A DNA stretch of 20,000 bases, from IMG/VR virus record IMGVR_UViG_3300027848_000016. One strand, written 5' to 3'. Each line of letters begins with the position of its first letter. Within the stretch, counting starts at the first letter, position 1. A program made the translations under genes and the position numbers. Origin of the DNA: an uncultured virus (IMG/VR IMGVR_UViG_3300027848_000016) (lineage: Duplodnaviria; Heunggongvirae; Uroviricota; Caudoviricetes). Under the pieces are notes generated by a model, which searched no databases, was not told where the DNA came from, and was given only the letters and a program-made list of their open reading frames with translations. Shown piece after piece: positions 9,301 to 16,510 of the stretch.

Positions 9301-9382
9301 AGTTAGCACCACTTATTGGGCTGTAACTTCCGTTTGGGTTATCCCCAGTTTGTACCGGAGTAAAATATTTTTTCCACGACAT
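6374..9382 (-). CDS. gp20: Portal vertex protein, T4 gp20-like, interrupted by an intein (spliced length 582 aa)
   Basis: gp20 motifs [66 protein letters not shown] and LRIPSSYL. Confidence 0.95.
   Translation of the reverse strand: [1002 protein letters not shown]
7118..8377 (-). mobile_element. Intein (420 aa) with HNH homing endonuclease domain, in the portal
   Basis: Block A [13 protein letters not shown] (Cys at residue 336), block B [9 protein letters not shown] (TxxH), C-terminal [16 protein letters not shown] followed by +1 Ser. Internal [10 protein letters not shown]...[20 protein letters not shown]...H is an HNH motif. Removal restores YNPL|[9 protein letters not shown]. Confidence 0.93.
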
Positions 9383-9395
9383 TATGCTGCTATCC

Positions 9396-11519
9396 TCATG
9401 CTCTACCGAATCCGTTCATTAAATTGCCAGCGCCCCTAGCACTTCTTAAATGCTTTTCGCCTGTACGTGCTTGTGCAGTATTTACCCCTAACACAGCTAA
9501 TAAAAGATCGTTAGTGGTTTGTAGTAATTGTTCAATTTCACCGCCACCACCGCCCATTGCTGATTGTGCAGATTGTGACCTTGGTGCTCCAAACTGCGCC
9601 ATATCTTTCTGAAGTTCGTTCATTGCTGCCGGAAGTCTACTTGTTATATTTTTTATGTTTGGAATCATTGAGCCGTCCATTCCAGGAACAAAGTGTTCTG
9701 TTTCGTTACCTTCATTAATTTTATATGGCTTATTTGCTTTCATCGGGCCGCCGTATTTTCTTGCAGCTGGTTCTCCTGGAGAACCAGCTGCTGGTTCTCC
9801 TCCAAAGATTCTTTTAAAGAATCTTTGCGACGATCCTTCATATTCTGGTGCTATAGGATTTTTTTCAGCAGTTTCGCGACGGCTGTCAGAAAGATTTTTA
9901 ATAATTATTACATTAAGACTTCCGTCAGCATTTAAAATATCTCTAGATTGTAGATCAGCCTCAATCTCATTTCTTCTTGCTTGAAGTGTTGTAGGATTCG
10001 CTAGTTCGTCAATTAGTGCTGAATCTTCTTTACTGACCGCGCCCACAGTTACTGCTTCCCTGGCAAGTTCAGCATTGCTTGCTCCGGGCAATATTGAAGA
10101 AATAGTAAGAACTGTAGCTGCAATACCTTCCGGAGTAAATTTTTTCATTTGTTCAGATAATTCATTTAATGCGCCTACAACTAAACTGTTGTTTAATTCT
10201 TTTGCAATTGCTTCATTAGTTGCACTTGCAACATTAGCTAGTGCTTGTTGGGCTTCATTGAGTGCAACTAATGCTTCTTGGCCGGCTCCTTTACCTGCTA
10301 CCTGATTTCCTTGTGATGTAATTATGCCGCCTAACATGTTGTTAAATGATTCAGTAAATGATACAGTGCGTCCAAGTTCTAATTCCATTTTTTTAGTATG
10401 TGCTGCAACAGCATCAATTATTGGAGCAACTTCTTGCAATACATTTGCTTGACCTTGTGCAATTTCACTTATCTGTCCGTAAGTTCCAATTGTTAAATTC
10501 TGTACTGAGTCTGCACTTTTAACAGTCGCTCGCGCTGCCTCTTCAGCATATCTTTGAGCACCTTCAACATCACCTGCTTTAGTTGCATTAGCTGCTTTCG
10601 TTAAGAGTGCACCTGCCTCACTATTCAATGCCATAAAGCTCTTAGTAGCTGCTGTCATTGGTACTCCGGTTTGTACAAGGTCTGCTAACAAATCTCTTAC
10701 TACAGCAGGCGATTGTTGTAATGCTGCTGTTGATTTTTCATATGCGGCCCGTGCAGTAGTAATACCTTGTTTTTCTAATAGACGAAGTTTAGAATCAGTT
10801 GAACCGTTACGCATCCGTGCTGTCATATCATCCATTTGTGATTTAGCGTCTTTGCCTGTCAGCTTAGAAACAATGTCCATTTGTTTAGCAAGCTCTTGAG
10901 CTGCTTGTACTGATTGAGCATCAGTTAGACCTTCTACAAGCTGCCTACGACGCATCAATGATGTATTTTTAACTACGAATTCGTTAGCTTCTTCAATAGT
11001 ATATCCAAGATTCATAAATCCGTCAATCAACTGTGTGCCGTTTTCTCGAGTCGCAAATAATTCTTTACCTAATGCTGCAACTTTTCGTGTGCCGCCTTCA
11101 ACTCCTCCAGCAAAGCCTGCTAACTCTGTGACATTGTTAGAAATCAGTTTTGAAAATTTATCTAACGGTAAGCGAGTTCTTGCAGCACTTACTCTTAGAT
11201 CTGATAAGTTTCCATTTAGGCCTGCGCCAACTTTACTTAAACTATTAAATTCAGATTGGGTGTCTTCGAGATATCCAATAATAGCCGTAACTCCGACTAA
11301 TGCTTTACCTAGTATTCCAAGTCCTTTAGTAGATGATGTAATACCTTTTGAAAAGTCAGTTAATGATCCACCTGCTTTATTAAGTGAATTCTTAAAGGCG
11401 CTTAAAGGCCCAGTAACATCAAAAGAGTTACTCGGGCCACTATTACTGCTTCCGCTGGATTTTTTAACAAATTGAGCTAGTGCTCTTGTTAATCCTTCTT
11501 CAGTTAATGGTTCAGCCAA
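9396..11519 (-). CDS. Tail tape measure-like protein
   Basis: 707 aa, Ala/Gln/Leu-rich and predicted helical; C-terminal RKYGGPMKANKPYKINEGNETEHFVPGMDGSMIPN resembles the common TMP C-terminal GGPV...VGE.GPELFVP...G.IIPN motif; TTG start after AAGGA. Confidence 0.7.
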   Translation of the reverse strand: MAEPLTEEGLTRALAQFVKKSSGSSNSGPSNSFDVTGPLSAFKNSLNKAGGSLTDFSKGITSSTKGLGILGKALVGVTAIIGYLEDTQSEFNSLSKVGAGLNGNLSDLRVSAARTRLPLDKFSKLISNNVTELAGFAGGVEGGTRKVAALGKELFATRENGTQLIDGFMNLGYTIEEANEFVVKNTSLMRRRQLVEGLTDAQSVQAAQELAKQMDIVSKLTGKDAKSQMDDMTARMRNGSTDSKLRLLEKQGITTARAAYEKSTAALQQSPAVVRDLLADLVQTGVPMTAATKSFMALNSEAGALLTKAANATKAGDVEGAQRYAEEAARATVKSADSVQNLTIGTYGQISEIAQGQANVLQEVAPIIDAVAAHTKKMELELGRTVSFTESFNNMLGGIITSQGNQVAGKGAGQEALVALNEAQQALANVASATNEAIAKELNNSLVVGALNELSEQMKKFTPEGIAATVLTISSILPGASNAELAREAVTVGAVSKEDSALIDELANPTTLQARRNEIEADLQSRDILNADGSLNVIIIKNLSDSRRETAEKNPIAPEYEGSSQRFFKRIFGGEPAAGSPGEPAARKYGGPMKANKPYKINEGNETEHFVPGMDGSMIPNIKNITSRLPAAMNELQKDMAQFGAPRSQSAQSAMGGGGGEIEQLLQTTNDLLLAVLGVNTAQARTGEKHLRSARGAGNLMNGFGRA
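9763..9801. repeat. Perfect 14-bp inverted repeat plus a third, direct copy inside the TMP gene
   Basis: GCAGCTGGTTCTCC-T-GGAGAACCAGCTGC (9763-9791); GCTGGTTCTCCT repeated at 9766-9777 and 9790-9801; encodes GEPAAGSPGEPAA. Confidence 0.9.
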
Positions 11520-11545
11520 TTTAGTTTCCTTAAGGTTATCATACC

Positions 11546-11580
11546 CATAAATACATTACAAGTATTACTATGTATTTATG
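11546..11580. promoter_or_regulatory. Pair of face-to-face late promoters (11-bp inverted repeat)
   Basis: CATAAATACAT (11546-11556) and ATGTATTTATG (11570-11580) lie between the divergent genes; each contains ATAAATA pointing across the other. Confidence 0.7.
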
Positions 11581-11591
11581 TAAGGAATAAT

Positions 11592-12455
11592 ATGAGTAGT
11601 TTTTTAGAAAAGTACAAAAGACAACCTAAAATTTATATCGACCTACCTAGCAAGGGTGTGTTCTATTCAGATGATGTTTTAGACAACGGGCAGTTTGTAA
11701 GTTTGCCTGTGTTTGGTATGAGTGCTATGGATGAGATTATTTTTAAGACTCCGGATGCATTATTTTCTGGAGAAGCTACTGCACAAGTTATTAGGAGTTG
11801 TATTCCGGGAATATTGAATCCCTGGGAAATAGTTGGTTACGATTTAGATTATTTGTTAATATCAATTCGCATTGCAACTCACGGTGATGCAATACCAGTT
11901 AATACATCATGTCCGCATTGTAATGAAGCAACACAAAGTCAAATTAATTTATCAGGGCTGTTGGCAAATTTTGCCAACTACGACATTAGAGAAAAATTTG
12001 AGATTGGTGATTTAACATTTAATCTCAAACCTATAACTTATAAAAGAACTACAGATTTTGCTATCGAACGTTATCAGCTTGACAGAGCAATTGTCCAAAT
12101 TGAAAAAGAAAAATTAACACAAGACGAAAAAAATACACTACTTAATAAGTTATTACTAGACATTACTACATTAAATCTTAGATTAGCAGTAGCACACGTT
12201 GAGTCAGTACAAAACGGTGATGATATTGAAATAGAATCAGATACTATCTATAAATTTGTATCTGAAAATGATGCTGAGTTTTATTCAAAATTACAACAAG
12301 GCATTAAAACATTAACTGAAAAATGGAACTTACCAGCATTTGATGTTGCTTGTGCAAGTGAAACATGTAATGAAGTTTATAAGACAAGACTGGACTTGGA
12401 CTATTCAAGTTTTTTCGCGCCACGCTCATCCCTCTCGAGGAATCTCAGATTTTAG
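11592..12455 (+). CDS. gp26: Baseplate hub / tail assembly chaperone, T4 gp26-like
   Basis: IDLPSKG.FY, MSAMDEII.K.PDAL..G, DLDYLLISIRIAT.G, zinc-ribbon CPHC...CASETC and ending DYSSFF, as in gp26-like proteins. Confidence 0.75.
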   Translation: MSSFLEKYKRQPKIYIDLPSKGVFYSDDVLDNGQFVSLPVFGMSAMDEIIFKTPDALFSGEATAQVIRSCIPGILNPWEIVGYDLDYLLISIRIATHGDAIPVNTSCPHCNEATQSQINLSGLLANFANYDIREKFEIGDLTFNLKPITYKRTTDFAIERYQLDRAIVQIEKEKLTQDEKNTLLNKLLLDITTLNLRLAVAHVESVQNGDDIEIESDTIYKFVSENDAEFYSKLQQGIKTLTEKWNLPAFDVACASETCNEVYKTRLDLDYSSFFAPRSSLSRNLRF

Positions 12456-12649
12456 CACTAGCTAAAGATTTTGAAAATGATATCAAACAAATAAAAGACG
12501 ATGCTTATCGGCTTGGTTGGTATATGAGAGGAAGTTTTAGTTACGAAGATCTAATGTTTAGGATTTCTAATGAAGATAGAGAGATCCTAAACAGGATCAT
12601 CAAAGAAAACATTCAAGCTACAAATGATACTAGGATGCCGTTACTTTAG
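12410..12649 (+). CDS. gp51-like frame, probably expressed by -1 frameshift from the gp26-like ORF
   Basis: Not in the ORF track. The -1 frame reads FFRATLIPLEESQILALAKDFENDIKQIKDDAYRLGWYMRGSFSYEDLMFRISNEDREILNRIIKENIQATNDTRMPLL*. It starts at the slippery heptamer T TTT TTC (12410-12416) and has no ATG/GTG/TTG until 12524. Confidence 0.7.
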   Translation, partial: FFRATLIPLEESQILALAKDFENDIKQIKDDAYRLGWYMRGSFSYEDLMFRISNEDREILNRIIKENIQATNDTRMPLL

Positions 12650-13496
12650 CAGCTTTGAGCATAGCAAGTAATTTTGGATCGTTCATTACCATATCTTTTG
12701 AGGCAGCTTTAATTTGTGAAACAGATTCTTGTAATCTAAATTCAATAGCTTCGTCAATTGATTCAGTTGCACCATCACATTGCGGGAAACTTAGACTAGA
12801 TAATGTTTCCTTGCTCAACATGGTGTTTGCAATAAAATCACTAATTCCTTTAATAATTCCAGTATCTTTAGCAAGTTTACCTAATAGATATGATATAGCT
12901 ATACCACTTGCGCCGCCAATAATTGATAGGACCCAGCCAAAGCCAGGAACAACAGTAAAGAATCTTGTTAGCATTGCTAACGAAGCTGCGGTTGATGCGC
13001 CAACTGTTAAGAAACTAACTAAGCCGCCAGCAATATTATCAGTTATTATAAGTTGAGCAGCATTTAATTCCGGAGCATTAATATTACATTTGTTTGCTGC
13101 ATACACATTTGCATATGTGTCTAAGTCAGTCGATAGTTGTTCAAAAGAAATTAGTGCTCCTATTACTCTTCCTACCGGTGATGATAAAAATAAGTTATAC
13201 ATAGTTTTGCCAGGCGATTTAACTATTTGTTTAACTGCTTTTTTAACTTTGCTGACAGACTTAGGTGCCTCAGGCTGAGTAGTAACTGGTAGCGCCGGAG
13301 TATTACTTGGTTTAGGAGCAGCTACATTTGATTTTGCAGTTAAGTTTTTTGCTTTTGCATCTGCTTGTCCACGAATACGTTCTTTACCAACAACAGCACC
13401 AGTTGTAGGATCTATTATATTAAATACTCTATTCCGACCAGATCCTGCTCTGACTACTGCATAATCTACTTCTGCTAATATGTGATGTACTTTCAT
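12630..13496 (-). CDS. Hypothetical late protein with hydrophobic helical hairpin; possible internal/ejected head protein
   Basis: 288 aa, AAGGA RBS, late-promoter motif upstream, N-terminus MKVHHILAE, long Gly/Ala-rich hydrophobic segment. Confidence 0.6.
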   Translation of the reverse strand: MKVHHILAEVDYAVVRAGSGRNRVFNIIDPTTGAVVGKERIRGQADAKAKNLTAKSNVAAPKPSNTPALPVTTQPEAPKSVSKVKKAVKQIVKSPGKTMYNLFLSSPVGRVIGALISFEQLSTDLDTYANVYAANKCNINAPELNAAQLIITDNIAGGLVSFLTVGASTAASLAMLTRFFTVVPGFGWVLSIIGGASGIAISYLLGKLAKDTGIIKGISDFIANTMLSKETLSSLSFPQCDGATESIDEAIEFRLQESVSQIKAASKDMVMNDPKLLAMLKAAKVTAS

Positions 13497-13523
13497 TCTG
13501 AATAATCCTTAATGCTTGCAAGT

Positions 13524-13530
13524 TATTTAT
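13524..13530 (-). promoter_or_regulatory. Late promoter (ATAAATA)
   Basis: GATAAATA about 28 nt upstream of the 13496 ATG. Confidence 0.65.
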
Positions 13531-13553
13531 CTATGAAAGTGTTTAACTGTTAG

Positions 13554-14095
13554 TGTATGAGCAAGCTCATACAAGTTTTCGCTAACGCTCAAACTACTTA
13601 CACTTCGTTTTAATTAAATGATTTATATATGAACAAGCAATATTACGAATGTAATATTGTATTAATTTCATGTAGATCGTTTCAGTCAGACGGAACTATT
13701 TCTAGCTCCGTCGTCTTTAAGATAAACTTCATGTGAGTCTTATCCAGCAATGACATTGGAAGTAGGTAATTATTATACACAAGTTCATTGGGCTCTGACC
13801 TTTCCCAACCTACATCGACATCATGTAACATAAAGAGCGCATTAACTGTGTTAGTGCTACCTTTATAGTACATTACCTTCCGCTTCGTTCCTGTTGCTAA
13901 GAAGTTTTTATGAACTATGTTGTGTTTTTCGACTGACAGCAATCAATCTATATCAACCTGTGAGCCCAATTTGTTTGGTGGCTTCCGCACTCTGGTGCGT
14001 CGATCAATATGTTACGTGTCCGGATATCACCTCGGGCTTTACACAGCGGTATTATTAAACTGGCCCGCCAACCTTATGTGCTGTATTGATTTGCC
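13554..14095 (-). ncRNA. Putative large structured non-coding RNA (family not recognised)
   Basis: About 600-nt intergenic gap in a gene-dense genome with many hairpins (GAAA and CUUG tetraloops on the minus strand) and several long-range complementarities; see findings. Confidence 0.6.
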
Positions 14096-14521
14096 TTAGG
14101 AATTTTTTTTAAGATGTTCTTTGAGAATGGTTGATCCGCCAACTCTAACATTGATAATACCATTGTAGTATTCATCTGTTTCGAGTACTCTACGTTCAAA
14201 CTGTTCACGGGCCTCTAAGTAACTTGCTATGCCTCTGCTGGGACAAAAATGTAATATTTCACGTGTGAAATTTTCTGCGCCTAACTCTAAAACGTCTGCG
14301 TTAAGTCTATCACTGGAGCCATAATATTCTCTCCAATCACTTTCCTTGGTGCTACGTCTTTTATTCTTCTTGCCTTTAAGCGGGGGTTTAGTTACTTTAA
14401 ACTTTGCTAGTTTCTTGCCTACATACATCATGCTATTGGATAGATTTGTTATCAAGTATACAAATGCTTCACATCCTTCCGGAAGTTCGTCTAGTTGTTT
14501 ACCTTGATAAGTCCAATGCAT
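14096..14521 (-). CDS. Small stand-alone GIY-YIG family endonuclease (Seg-like catalytic domain), 141 aa
   Basis: FVYLITN...MYVGKK, YYGSS, catalytic-type E in SYLEAREQ and YYNGII. True start is probably ATG 14521 (MHWTYQG) rather than 14569, which overlaps the upstream gene. Confidence 0.8.
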   Translation of the reverse strand: MHWTYQGKQLDELPEGCEAFVYLITNLSNSMMYVGKKLAKFKVTKPPLKGKKNKRRSTKESDWREYYGSSDRLNADVLELGAENFTREILHFCPSRGIASYLEAREQFERRVLETDEYYNGIINVRVGGSTILKEHLKKNS

Positions 14522-14525
14522 AACA

Positions 14526-14532
14526 TACTTAT
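14526..14532 (-). promoter_or_regulatory. Late promoter variant (ATAAGTA) 4 nt before the GIY-YIG ATG
   Basis: ATAAGTA-TGTT-ATG, with the same spacing as at 6371-6378 and no SD sequence. Confidence 0.5.
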
Positions 14533-14741
14533 TTTGCCTTTTGCTTCTCAGCCGCCTTCTTGGCTGCATAAGCTATATGTATTTCTTCTTGCCTTAATTT
14601 TGCTAACCTTCTAATCTCACGCAACCATTTTCTACTTGCTAGATGTGTTCGATGAGACAAACGAGACTCAAAATTCTCGTTTGCCTTAAAGTACTCTAAG
14701 TAAGCCTTAGTTAACTGATCGTGTATGTCGTCGTTAATCAT
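14529..14741 (-). CDS. Small basic helical protein, possibly histone H1-like/Hc1-type DNA-binding
   Basis: 70 aa, coupled to gp46 by an ATGA overlap; ENFE...ASRKWLREIRRLAKLRQEEI resembles the Hc1-like pattern. Confidence 0.55.
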   Translation of the reverse strand: MINDDIHDQLTKAYLEYFKANENFESRLSHRTHLASRKWLREIRRLAKLRQEEIHIAYAAKKAAEKQKAK

Positions 14742-16510
14742 TCTACAATGTCAATATCGTTTTCGTAGCTTGTAAAGCCATTTTCTTTTACAACACGCAT
14801 AACATAACTTACTCTTCCAATTAATTCGTCTTTGTGTGAGATAAGAAATACATTCTTATCACCTTCACGGCCCATTTTCTTGAGAACGCTCAATGAACTT
14901 TCAACACCAGCAGTATCCATACCGCTATCAATCAGCTCATCAATAAACAACAAGTTGATCTTTTGATATAGGCTTTCCCAAACATCGCGGAATGCAAAGC
15001 TCATACCTAAGATAAGTCTGTTGCGTTCGCCACGACTCAAGTTATCAAAGTCTAGATCTTGTCCTAGTTGAGTAATTTCAACATTCAAATCATTCTGGAA
15101 CACAACTTGATGTGGCAATCCTAGCTTGTCGAGATAATATGTAAGCCTATTGTTCAAATACGCTAGGTTTTGATCAATAATCTTTTTACGAATGAAGCTG
15201 TCTTTATTTGTAAGTAGCTTTAGCAAGAACTCTTGATGCTCTTTGAATGTAGTAAGATCGTTTACAGGAGACCAATCAATTTCTTGCATAGCTGTTGACA
15301 ACAATTCATCAATCTGTGCTTGATAAGGATCGTTTTCATTTTGTTTTGTATCAAGCGACTGTTTCAAACTGTCAACGTTTTTACGATGCTCATATGCTTC
15401 TTTAGCACTTTCATAGAACGTATTAGGCTTTCCGTTGATATCACCAATGTCACTAAGATCTTTAAGCACAGCAGTTAGCTTTTTGCTAATTTCTAAATGA
15501 TAGGTGTCTGCATCCTGTAACTCTTTCATCTTTTTGTCAAGAATTTCTTGTTTCTTGTCTGCATGCAGCAGCTGATTACAAGTGTAACAGGTAGCATCTT
15601 CAAGATTTAAGATGTCTTTTTCAACCTTTTCAACACTAGCTTTAGCACGTAGCTGTGCTGTCTCTAATGTGCTTTTCTCCTTATTAAGAGCCAAAATAGC
15701 AGTGTTATGTTGCGTCCAGTTAGACAATTTTTCATGTGCTTCTAGTTCAGCATCGATGTCTACGTGCTCTAGTTCTGTAATACCATGCTGTAATTTAGCA
15801 CAGTCTTGCTCCTTTTTAGCAAGCCAAGCACGTTGAGTACGACCTAAGCTATCAATAGTAGTTTGTATTTTTTCGTTTGCACCTTGAATAGCATTAATTT
15901 TTAGTGTTTCGTTTGTAATAGCATCTTTAGTTTGACGAGTTTGTTCTTTAAGAGCTTCGGCCTTTTCACTAAGGATAGTAATACCCAGCAACTGCTCAAT
16001 GATAGCACGTTGATCATTAACACGCATGCTTAAGAAAGGCTCAGTGTAGGTGTTAAGTGCAACAATGTGCTTAAACATGTCATGCGACATATCTAACAAG
16101 TCGTTAATATACTCTTGAGTCTTTCGACTGTCGCCTTGTGACTCATCTGTCATCTCTTGTTCTTGCTCGTCGACAAAGAACTTGAGTACATTAGGTGATC
16201 TACCACGCTCGACACGATAATCAACACCGTTCTTTTCAAAATGCAGTGTAACTAACATGCCCTTTGAGTTTGTCTTGTTGATTAGATTGTTACGTTTAAT
16301 ATTAGTGAGTGCTTGTCCGTATAATGCATATGATAATGCATTGATAATAGTAGTTTTACCTGTACCATTACGACTTCCACTATCATCTCCGCCTTGATCT
16401 AAGTTTTCACCTAGCACAAGTGTTAATTGCTCGCGATTAAAGTTTACAGCTTGGGTCTGATTGCCCACGCTCATAAAATTCTTCACAGTCAAATCCTTAA
16501 TTTTTATCAT
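14738..16510 (-). CDS. gp46: Recombination endonuclease ATPase subunit (SbcC/Rad50), T4 gp46-like
   Basis: KNFMSVGN, Walker A NGTGKTT, zinc hook CYTC, signature LSRGE, Walker B LLFIDE and H-loop ISHK. Confidence 0.95.
   Translation of the reverse strand: MIKIKDLTVKNFMSVGNQTQAVNFNREQLTLVLGENLDQGGDDSGSRNGTGKTTIINALSYALYGQALTNIKRNNLINKTNSKGMLVTLHFEKNGVDYRVERGRSPNVLKFFVDEQEQEMTDESQGDSRKTQEYINDLLDMSHDMFKHIVALNTYTEPFLSMRVNDQRAIIEQLLGITILSEKAEALKEQTRQTKDAITNETLKINAIQGANEKIQTTIDSLGRTQRAWLAKKEQDCAKLQHGITELEHVDIDAELEAHEKLSNWTQHNTAILALNKEKSTLETAQLRAKASVEKVEKDILNLEDATCYTCNQLLHADKKQEILDKKMKELQDADTYHLEISKKLTAVLKDLSDIGDINGKPNTFYESAKEAYEHRKNVDSLKQSLDTKQNENDPYQAQIDELLSTAMQEIDWSPVNDLTTFKEHQEFLLKLLTNKDSFIRKKIIDQNLAYLNNRLTYYLDKLGLPHQVVFQNDLNVEITQLGQDLDFDNLSRGERNRLILGMSFAFRDVWESLYQKINLLFIDELIDSGMDTAGVESSLSVLKKMGREGDKNVFLISHKDELIGRVSYVMRVVKENGFTSYENDIDIVE

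Noticed and set aside
6080..13278. Plus-strand shadow ORFs opposite the portal, TMP and 288-aa genes
   Set aside because: They lie opposite well-supported minus-strand genes and show no motifs or RBS.
13682..13942. 86-aa ORF in the large intergenic region
   Set aside because: TTG start, no clear RBS and no recognisable motif; the region's complementarity is better explained by RNA structure.
13660..14095. Group I/II intron, RNase P or tmRNA identity for the structured region
   Set aside because: No interrupted gene flanks it, and I could not find P7, domain V, GAGGAAAGUCC or tRNA-like ends; a covariance search is needed to exclude these formally.
13917..14099. 60-aa plus-strand ORF
   Set aside because: Antisense to the putative ncRNA, atypical composition and no RBS.
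14522..14569. N-terminal extension of the GIY-YIG ORF given in the track
   Set aside because: It overlaps the upstream 70-aa gene; ATG 14521 with a promoter motif 4 nt upstream is more plausible.
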